From: Azolla caroliniana
Taxonomy: Eukaryota; Plantae; Polypodiophyta
Direction: 5' to 3'
Assembly: GCA_043228905.1 (NCBI GenBank)
Contig: JBHGNT010000008.1
Location: 62,001-126,000 of the forward strand
DNA: 64,000 nucleotides
Part shown: piece by piece, positions 54,198 to 64,000 of the stretch
How positions within the stretch are numbered: position 1 is the stretch's first letter
Layout: every line of letters begins with the position of its first letter
The notes under the pieces: generated by a model
Told to the model about the DNA's origin: nothing
The model's database searches: none
What the model saw: only the letters and a program-made list of their open reading frames with translations
Made by a program: the position numbers and the translations under genes

Positions 54198-57100
54198 GAA
54201 GAGCCCGAGAGTAAATTAAAATGTTCATACCTGGCCCATGTGATATCGGATTTTAGTGTTCAAACTTGCGAATCGAAGCTAGCGAAGCTACCTATGATAT
54301 GGAATTCAAAAATCAAGCATTTGAAACTAACGTCAAGAGACATGAAGAAATAACCAAATTTGAGGAGGGAGTTGAGAAGAGCCCGAGAGTAAATTAAAAT
54401 GTTCATACCTGGCCCATGTGATATCGGATTTTTGTGTTCCAACATGCGAATTGAAGCTAACAATGCTACCTATGATATGGAATTAAAAAATGAAGCTTTT
54501 GAAACTCAGGTCGAGAGACATGAAGAAATTACCAAATTTGAGGAGGGAGTTGAGAAGAGCCCGAGATCAAATTAAAATGTTCATACCTGTCCCATGTGAT
54601 ATCGGATTTTAGTGTTCAAACATTTGAATCGAAGCTTACAATGTTAGCTATCATATGGAAGTAAAAAATAAGGATTTTGAAAGTAACGTTGAGAGACATG
54701 AAGAAATAACCAAATTTGAGGAGGGAAGTAGAGAAGAGTCCGAGAGTAAATTAAAATGTTCATACCTGGCCCATGTGATATCGGATTTTAGTGTTCAAAT
54801 ATGCGAATCGAAGCTAACAATGCTACCTATGATATGGAATTAAAAAATCAAGATTTTGAAAGTCACGTTGAGAGACATGAAGAAATAACCAAATTTGAGG
54901 AGGGATTGAGAAGAGCCCGAGAGTAAATTAAAATGTTCATACCTGGCCCATGTGATATCAGATTTTAGTGTTCAAACTTGCGAATCGAAGCTAGCAAAGC
55001 TACCTATGATATGGAATTCAAAAATCAAGCATTTGAAACTCACGTCAAGAGACATGAAGAGATAACCAAATTTGAGGAGGGAGTTGAGAAGAGCCCGAGA
55101 GTAAATTAAAATGTTCATACCTGGCCCATGTGATATCGGATTTTTGTGTTCAAACATGCGAATTGAAGCTAACAATGCTACCTATGATATGGAATTAAAA
55201 AATGAAGCTTTTGAAACTCAGGTCGAGAGACATGAAGAAATTACCAAATTTGAGGAGGGAGTTGAGAAGAGCCCGAGATCAAATTAAAATGCTCATACCT
55301 GTCCCATGTGATATCGGATTTTAGTGTTCAAACATTTGAATCGAAGCTTACAATGTTAGCTATCATATGGAAGTAAAAAATAAGGATTTTGAAAGTCACG
55401 TTGAGAGACATGAAGAAATAACCAAATTTGAGGAGGGAAGTAGAGAAGAGTCCGAGAGTAAATTAAAATGTTCATACCTGGCCCATGTGATATCGGATTT
55501 TAGTGTTCAAATATGCGAATAGAAGCTAACAATGCTAGCTATGATATGGAATTAAAAAATCAAGATTTTGAAAGTCACGTTGAGAGACATGAAGAAATAA
55601 CCAAATTTGAGGAGGGATTGAGAAGAGCCCGAGAGTAAATTAAAATGTTCATACCTGGCCCATGTGATATCGGATTTTAGTGTTCAAACTTGCGAATCGA
55701 AGCTAGCAAAGCTACCTATGATATGGAATTCAAAAATCAAGCATTTGAAACTCACGTCAAGAGACATGAAGAGATAACCAAATTTGAGGAGGGAGTTGAG
55801 AAGAGCCCGAGAGTAAATTAAAATGTTCATACCTGGCCCATGTGATATCGGATTTTTGTGTTCAAACATGCGAATTGAAGCTAACAATGCTACCTATGAT
55901 ATGGAATTAAAAAATGAAGCTTTTGAAACTCAGGTCGAGAGACATGAAGAAATTACCAAATTTGAGGAGGGAGTTGAGAAGAGCCCGAGATCAAATTAAA
56001 ATGTTCATACCTGTCCCATGTGATATCGGATTTTAGTGTTCAAACATTTGAATCGAAGCTTACAATGTTAGCTATCATATGGAAGTAAAAAATAAGGATT
56101 TTGAAAGTCACGTTGAGAGACATGAAGAAATAACCAAATTTGAGGAGGGAAGTAGAGAAGAGTCCGAGAGTAAATTAAAATGTTCATACCTGGCCCATGT
56201 GATATCGGATTTTAGTGTTCAAATATGCGAATCGAAGCTAACAATGCTAGCTATGATATGGAATTAAAAAATCAAGATTTTGAAAGTCACGTTGAGAGAC
56301 ATGAAGAAATAACCAAATTTGAGGAGGGATTGAGAAGAGCCCGAGAGTAAATTAAAATGTTCATACCTGGCCCATGTGATATCGGATTTTAGTGTTCAAA
56401 CTTGCGAATCGAAGCTAGTAAAGCTACCTATGATATGGAATTCAAAAATCAAGCATTTGAAACTCACGTCAAGAGACATGAAGAAATAACCAAATTAAAA
56501 TGTTCATACCTGGCCCATGTGATATCGGATTTGAGTGTTCAAACATGTGAATCGAAGCTAACAATGCTAGCTATGATATGGCATTAGAAAATCAAGCTTT
56601 GGATACTCAGGTCAAGAGATATGAAGAAATTACCAAATTAGAGGAGGGAGTTGAGAAGAGCCCGAGAGTAAATTAAAATGTTCATACCTGGCCCATGTGA
56701 TATCGGATTGTAGTGTTCAAACATGCGAATTGAAGCTAACAATGCTACCTATGATATGGAATTAAAAAATGAAGCTTTTGAAACTCAGGTCGAGAGACAT
56801 GAAGAAATTCCAAAAAAAAAGGAGGGAGTAGAGAAGAGCCCGAGAGTAAATTAAAATAGGCGAATCGAAGCTAACAATGCTAGCTATGATATGGAATTAG
56901 AAAATCAAGATTTTGAAACTCAGGTCGAGAGACATGAAGAAATTACCAAATTAGAGGAGGGATTGAGAAGAGCCTGAGAGTAAATTAAAATGTTCATACC
57001 TGGCCCATGTGATATTGGATTTTATTGTTCAAACATGGGAATCGAAGCTAACAATGCTAGCTATGATATAGAATTAAAAAATCAATGTTTTGAAACTCAG

Positions 57101-59168
57101 GTCGAGAGACATGAAGAAATTACCAAATTAGAGGAGGGAAGTAGAGAAGACGCCGAGAGTAAATTTAAATGTTCATACCTGGCCCATGTGATATCGGATT
57201 TTAGTGTTCAAATATACGAATCGAAGCTAACAATGCGAGCTATGTTATGGAAATCAAAAATCAAGATTTTCAAACTCAGGTGGAGAGACATGAAGAAATT
57301 CCAAAATTAGAGGAGGGAGTAGAGAAGAGCCCGAGAGTAAATTAAAATGTTCATACCTGGCCCATGTGATATCGGATTTTAGTGTTCAAACTTGGGAATC
57401 GAAGCTAGCAAAGCTACCTATGATATGGAATTCAAAAATCAAGCATTTGAAACTCACGTCAAGAGACATGAAGAAATAACCAAATTTGAGGAGGGAGTTG
57501 AGAAGAGCCCGAGAGTAAATTAAAATGTTCATACCTGGCCCATGTGATATCGGATTTTTGTGTTCAAACATGCGAATTGAAGCTAACAATGCTACCTATG
57601 ATATGGAATTAAAAAATGAAGCTTTTGAAACTCAGGTCGAGTGACATGAAGAAATAACCAAATTTGAGGAGGGAGTTGAGAAGAGCCCGAGAGTAAATTA
57701 AAATGTTCATACCTGGCCCATGTGATATCGGATTTTTGTGTTCAAACATACGAATCGAAGCTAACAAGGCTAGCTATGATATCGAATTAAAAAATCAAGG
57801 TTTTGAAACTCAGGTCGAGAGACATGAAGAAATTAACAAATTAAAGGAGGGATTGAGAAGAGCGCATGAGTAAATTAAAATGTTCATACCTGGCCCATGT
57901 GATATAGGATTTTAGTGTTCAAACATGCGAATCGAAGCTAACAATGCTACCTATGATATGGACTTAAAAAATAAATCTTTTGAAACTCATGTCGAAAGAC
58001 ATGAAGAAATTACCAAATTAGAGGAAGGAGTAGAGAAGAGGCCGAGAGAAAATTAAAATGTTCATAACTGGCCCATTGAATATCGGATTTTAGTGTTCAA
58101 ACAGGCGAATCGAAGCTAACAATGCTAGCTATGATATGGAATTAAAAAATCAAGATTTTGAAACTCAGGTCAAGAGACATGAAGAAATTACCAAATTAGA
58201 GGAGGGATTGAGAAGAGCCTGAGAGTAAATTAAAATGTTCATACCTGGCCCATGTGATATCGGATTTTATTGTTCAAACATGGGAATCGAAGCTAACAAT
58301 GCTAGCTATGATATAGAATTAAAAAATCAATGTTTTGAAACTCAGGTCGAGAGACATGAAGAAATTACCAAATTAGAGGAGGGAAGTAGAGAAGACGCCG
58401 AGAGTAAATTAAAATGTTCATACCTGGCCCATGTGATATCGGATTTTAGTGTTCAAATATGGGAATCGAAGCTAACAATGCGAGCTATGTTATGGAAATC
58501 AAAAATCAAGATTTTCAAACTCAGGTGGAGAGACATGAAGAAATTACCAAATTTGAGGAGGGAGTTGAGAAGAGCCCGAGATCAAATTAAAATGTTCATA
58601 CCTGTCCCATGTGATATCGGATTTTAGTGTTCAAACATTTGAATCGAAGCTTACAATGTTAGCTATCATATGAAAGTCAAAAATAAGGATTTTGAAAGTC
58701 ACATTGAGAGACATGAAGAAATAACCAAATTTAAGGAGGGAGTTGAGAAGAGCCCGAGAGTAAATTAAGATGTTCATACCTGGCCCATGTGATATCGGAT
58801 TTTAGTGTTCAAACATACGAATCGAAGCTAACAAGGCTAGCTATGATATCGAATTAAAACATCAAGGTTTTGAAACTCAGGTCGAGAGACATGAAGAAAT
58901 TACCAAATTAGAGGAGGGAGTAGAGAAGAGCCCGAGAGTAAATTAAAATGTTCATACCTGTCCCATGTGATATCGGATTTTAGTGTTCAAACATTTGAAT
59001 TGAAGCTTACAATGTTAGCTATCATATGGAAGTAAAAAATAAGGATTTTGAAACTCACGTTGAGAGACATGAAGAAATAACCAAATTTGAGGAGGGAGTT
59101 GAGAAGAGCCCGAGAGTAAATTAAAATGTTCATACCTGGCCCATGTGATATCGGATTTTAGTGTTCAA
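54198..59168 (+). repeat. ~5-kb near-identical duplicate of ~48580-53550 (offset 5618)
   Basis: ORF pairs 48642/54260, 50784/56402, 51372/56990, 51768/57386 and 52617/58235 are all 5618 apart. Both copies carry the 35-bp and 43-bp deletions and the A9 variant. Confidence 0.92.
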
Positions 59169-62100
59169 ACATGCGAATCGAAGCTAACAACGGTAGCTAT
59201 GATATCGAATTAAAAAATCAAGATTTTGAAACTCATGTCAAGAGACATGAAGAAATTACCAAATTAAAGGAGGGATTGAGAAGAGCGCATGAATTAATTA
59301 AAATGTTCATACCTGGCCCATGTGATATAGGATTTTAGTGTTCAAACATGCGAATCGAAGCTAACAATGCTACCTATGATATGGACTTAAAAAATCAATC
59401 TTTTGAAACTCATGTCGAAAGACATGAAGAAATTACCAATTTAGAGGAAGGAGTAGAGAAGAGGCCCAGAGTAAATTAAAATGTTCATAACTGGCCCATT
59501 GAATATCGGATTTTAGTGTTCAAACAGGCGAATCGAAGCTAACAATGCTAGCTATGATATGGAATTAAAAAATCAAGATTTTGAAACTCAGGTCGAGAGA
59601 CATGAAGAAATTCCCAAATTAGAGGAGGGATTGAGAAGAGCCCGAGAGTAAATTAAAATGTTCATACCTGGCCCATGTGATATCGGATTTTTGTGTTCAA
59701 ACATGCGAATCGAAGCTTTCGAAACTCAGGTCGTGAGACATGAAAAAATTACCAAATTTGAGGAGGGAGTTGAGAAGAGCCCGAGATCAAATTAAAATGT
59801 TCATACCTGTCCCATGTGATATCGGATTTTAGTGTTCAAACATTTGAATCGAAGCTTACAATGTTAGCTATCATATGGAAGTAAAAAATAAGGATTTTGA
59901 AAGTCACGTTGAGAGACATGAAGAAATAACCAAATTTGAGGAGGGAGTTGAGAAGAGCCCGAGAGTAAATTAAAATGTTCATACCTGCCCCATGTGATAT
60001 CGGATTTTTGTGTTCAAACATACGAATCGAAGCTAACAAGGCTAGCTATGATATCGAATTAAAAAATCAAGGTTTTGAAACTCAGGTCGAGAGACATGAA
60101 GAAATTACCAAATTAAAGGAGGGATTGAGAAGAGCGCATGAGTAAATTAAAATGTTCATACCTGGCCCATGTGATATAGGATTTTAGTGTTCAAACATGC
60201 GAATCGAAGCTAACAATGCTACCTATGATATGGACTTAGAAAATCAATCTTTTGAAACTCATGTCGAAAGACATGAAGAAATTACCAATTTAGAGGAAGG
60301 AGTAGAGAAGAGGCCGAGAGTAAATTAAAATGTTCATAACTGGCCCATTGAATATCGGATTTTAGTGTTCAAACAGGTGAATCGAAGCTAACAATGCTAG
60401 CTATGATATGGAATTAGAAAATCAAGATTTTGAAACTCAGGTCGAGAGACATGAAGAAATTACCAAATTAGAGGAGGGATTGAGAAGAGCCTGAGAGTAA
60501 ATTAAAATGTTCATACCTGGCCCATGTGATATCGGATTTTATTGTTCAAACATGGGAATCGAAGCTAACAATGCTAGCTATGATATAGAATTAAAAAATC
60601 AATGTTTTGAAACTCAGGTCGAGAGACATGAAGAAATTACCAAATTAGAGGAGGGAAGTAGAGAAGACGCCGAGAGTAAATTAAAATGTTCATACCTGGC
60701 CCATGTGATATCGGATTTTAGTGTTCAAATATGCGAATCGAAGCTAACAATGCGAGCTATGTTATGGAAATCAAAAATCAAGATTTTCAAACTCAGGTGG
60801 AGAGACATGAAGAAATTCCAAAATTAGAGGAGGGAGTAGAGAAGAGCCCGAGAGTAAATTAAAATGTTCATACCTGGCCCATGTGATATCGGATTTTAGT
60901 GTTCAAACTTGGGAATCGAAGCTAGCAAAGCTACCTATGATATGGAATTCAAAAATCAAGCATTTGAAACTCACGTCAAGAGACATGAAGAAATAACCAA
61001 ATTTGAGGAGGGAGTTGAGAAGAGCCCGAGAGTAAATTAAAATGTTCATACCTGGCCCATGTGATATCGGATTTTTGTGTTCAAACATGCGAATTGAAGC
61101 TAACAATGCTACCTATGATATGGAATTAAAAAATGAAGCTTTTGAAACTCAGGTCGAGTGACATGAAGAAATTACCAAATTTGAGGAGGGAGTTGAGAAG
61201 AGCCCGAGATCAAATTAAAATGTTCATACCTGTCCCATGTGATATCGGATTTTAGTGTTCAAACATTTGAATCGAAGCTTACAATGTTAGCTATCATATG
61301 GAAGTAAAAAATAAGGATTTTGAAAGTCACGTTGAGAGACATGAAGAAATAACCAAATTTGAGGAGGGAAGTAGAGAAGAGTCCGAGAGTAAATTAAAAT
61401 GTTCATACCTGGCCCATGTGATATCGGATTTTAGTGTTCAAATATGCGAATCGAAGCTAACAATGCTAGCTATTATATGGAATTAAAAAATCAAGATTTT
61501 GAAAGTCACGTTGAGAGACACGAAGAAATAACCAAATTTGAGGAGGGATTGAGAAGAGCCCGAGAGTAAATTAAAATGTTCATACCTGGCCCATGTGATA
61601 TCGGATTTTAGTGTTCAAACATACGAATCGAAGCTAACAAGGCTAGCTATGATATCGAATTAAAAAATCAAGGTTATGAAACTCACGTCGAGAGACATGA
61701 AGAAAATACCAAATGAGAGGAGGGATTGAGAAGAGCGCATGAGTAAATTAAAATGTTCATACCTGGCCCATGTGATATCGGATTTTCGTGTTCAAATATG
61801 CGAATCGAAGCTAACAATGCGAGCTATGTTATGGAAATAAAAAATCAAGATTTTGAAACTCAGGTCGAGAGACATGAAGAAATTCCAAAAAAAAAGGAGG
61901 GAGTAGAGAAGAGCCCGAGAGTAAATTAAAATGTTCATACCTGGCCCATGTGATATCGGATTTTAGTGTTCAAACTTCCGAATCGAAGCTAGCAAAGCTA
62001 CCTATGATATGGAATTCAAAAATCAAGCTTTTGAAACTCACGTCAAGAGACATGAAGAAATAACCAAATTTGAGGAGGGAGTTGAGGAGAGCCCGAGAGT

Positions 62101-63329
62101 AAATTAAAATGTTCATACCTGGCCCATGTGATATCGGATTTGAGTGTTCAAACATGCGAATCGAAGCTAACAATGCTGCCTATGATATGGACTTAAAAAA
62201 TAAATCTTTTGAAACTCATGTCGAAAGACATGAAGAAATTACCAAATTAGAGGAGGGAGTAGAGAAGAGGCCGAGAGTAAATTAAAATGTTCATACCTGG
62301 CCCATTTGATATCGGATTTTAGTGTTCAAACTTGCGAATCGAAGCTAGCAAAGCTACCTATGATATGGAATTCAAAAATCAAGCTTTTGAAACTCACGTC
62401 AAGAGACATGAAGAAATAACCAAATTTGAGGAGGGAGTTGAGAAGAGCCCGAGAGTAAATTAGAATGTTCATACCTGGCCCATGTGATATCAGATTTGAG
62501 TGTTCAAACATGCGAATCGAAGCTAACAATGCTAGCTATGATATGGCAATAGAAAATCAACATTGGAAACTCAGGTCGAGAGATATGAAGAAATAACCAA
62601 ATTTGAGGAGGGAGTTGAGAAGACCCCGAGAGTAAATTAAAATGTTCATACCTGGCCCATGTGATATCGGATTTTTGTGTTCAAACATGCGAATTGAAGC
62701 TAACAATGCTACCTATGATATGGAATTAAAAAATGAAGCTTTTGAAACTCAGGTCGAGAGACATGAAGAAATTACCAAATTTGAGGAGGGAGTTGAGAAG
62801 AGCCCGAGATCAAATTAAAATGTTCATACCTGTCCCATGTGATATCGGATTTTAGTGTTCAAACATTTGAATCGAAGGTTACAATGTTAGCAATCATATG
62901 GAAGTAAAAAATAAGGATTTCGAAAGTCACGTTGAGAGACATGAAGAAATAACCAAATTTGAGGAGGGAAGTAGAGAAGAGGCCGAGAGTAAATTGGATT
63001 TTAGTGATATCGGATTTTAGTGTTCAAATATGCGAATCGAAGCTAACAATGCGAGCTATGATATGGAAATCAAAAATCAAGATTTTCAAACTCAGGTCAA
63101 GAGACATGAAGAAATAACCAAATTTGAGGAGGGATTGAGAAGAGCCCGAGAGTAAAATAAAATGTTCATACCTGGCCCATGTGATATCGGATTTGAGTGT
63201 TCAAACATGCGAATCGAAGCTAACAAGGCTAGCTATGATATGGCATTAGAAAATCAATCTTTGGAAACTCAGGTCGAGAGATATGAAGAAATTACCAAAT
63301 TAGAGGAGGGAGTTGAGAAGAGCCCGAGA

Positions 63330-64000
63330 GTAAATTAAAATGTTCATACCTGGCCCATGTGATATCGGATTTTAGTGTTCAAACTTCCGAATCGAAGCTA
63401 GCAAAGCTACCTATGATATGGAATTCAAAAATCAAGCTTTTGAAACTCACGTCAAGAGACATGAAGAAATAACCAAATTTGAGGAGGGAGTTGAGGAGAG
63501 CCCGAGAGTAAATTAAAATGTTCATACCTGGCCCATGTGATATCGGATTTGAGTGTTCAAACATGCGAATCGAAGCTAACAATGCTGCCTATGATATGGA
63601 CTTAAAAAATAAATCTTTTGAAACTCATGTCGAAAGACATGAAGAAATTACCAAATTAGAGGAGGGAGTAGAGAAGAGGCCGAGAGTAAATTAAAATGTT
63701 CATACCTGGCCCATTTGATATCGGATTTTAGTGTTCAAACTTGCGAATCGAAGCTAGCAAAGCTACCTATGATATGGAATTCAAAAATCAAGCTTTTGAA
63801 ACTCACGTCAAGAGACATGAAGAAATAACCAAATTTGAGGAGGGAGTTGAGAAGAGCCCGAGAGTAAATTAGAATGTTCATACCTGGCCCATGTGATATC
63901 AGATTTGAGTGTTCAAACATGCGAATCGAAGCTAACAATGCTAGCTATGATATGGCAATAGAAAATCAACATTGGAAACTCAGGTCGAGAGATATGAAGA
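63330..64000 (+). repeat. Repeat of ~61920-62590 at offset 1409 (8-mer HOR, truncated by the window end)
   Basis: CTTCCGAATC, TGCTGCCTATG, CCCATTTGAT, AATTAGAATG and GGCAATAGAAAATCAACATTGG recur. ORFs 61970/63379 and 62326/63735 are 1409 apart. Confidence 0.88.

Larger units (their letters stand above)
1..64000 (+). repeat. Tandem satellite array, ~178-bp monomer, ~360 head-to-tail copies (centromeric/heterochromatic-type satellite)
   Basis: The A of the TTTTAGTG anchor falls at 3, 181, 359 and 537 (period 178), and the pattern continues to the end of the window. Approximate consensus: TTAGTGTTCAAACATGCGAATCGAAGCTAACAA(G/T)GCTAGCTATGATATGGAATTAAAAAATCAAGATTTTGAAACTCAGGTCGAGAGACATGAAGAAATTACCAAATT(A/T)GAGGAGGGAGT(A/T)GAGAAGAGCCCGAGAGTAAATTAAAATGTTCATACCTGGCCCATGTGATATCGGATT. 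I saw no inverted monomers or foreign sequence. The centromeric location is inference. Confidence 0.98.
31200..64000 (+). repeat. Right subfamily domain of the satellite (HOR-rich, more homogeneous)
   Basis: Monomers are dominated by AACAATGCTA, ACATTTGAATCGAAGCTTACAATGTTAG, CATAACTGGCCCATTGAAT, GAGGGATTGAG (177 bp) and GAGGGAAGTAG (179 bp) variants. The zone from ~19.7 to 31 kb is transitional, and the boundaries are approximate. Confidence 0.7.

Noticed and set aside
27027-63938. The 61-130 aa ORFs in the ORF track (MLASIRMFEH..., MFIPGPCDIG..., MEVKNKDF...)
   Set aside because: They are translations of the satellite on both strands. They open or close with single SNPs or 1-bp indels, shift frame with each 178-bp monomer and resemble no protein family I recognise. 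They are useful only as duplication markers.
1-64000. CRISPR-like reading (conserved ATGTTCATACCTGGCCCATGTGATATCGG as the repeat)
   Set aside because: The intervening sequence is homologous between units rather than unique spacers, the period is 178 bp and there are no cas genes.
1-64000. 5S rDNA or tRNA-derived tandem array
   Set aside because: I recognise no 5S rRNA or tRNA sequence or Pol III box A/B/C arrangement in the monomer on either strand.

Overview
The whole 64 kb window is one uninterrupted head-to-tail satellite DNA array. The monomer is about 178 bp (roughly 360 copies, ~37% GC by hand count of one monomer), and all copies lie in the same orientation. It is probably plant centromeric or heterochromatic satellite; I cannot name the species or family. 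I found no genes, RNA genes or transposons, and the ORF-track entries are by-products of the repeat. The structure lies in the variation between monomers: a left-to-right turnover of subfamilies, higher-order repeats (2-, 3-, 4-, 5/6-, 8- and 11-mers), and kb-scale duplications at offsets of 5.6, 7.2, 17.3 and 25.7 kb. There are also many repair scars (microhomology deletions and templated insertions). The most striking single feature is a length-neutral replacement at 32464-32479 that writes (TTTAGGG)2TT, the Arabidopsis-type telomere repeat, into one monomer at its own TTTAG motif. This looks like telomerase extension of a break that was then re-joined in register.
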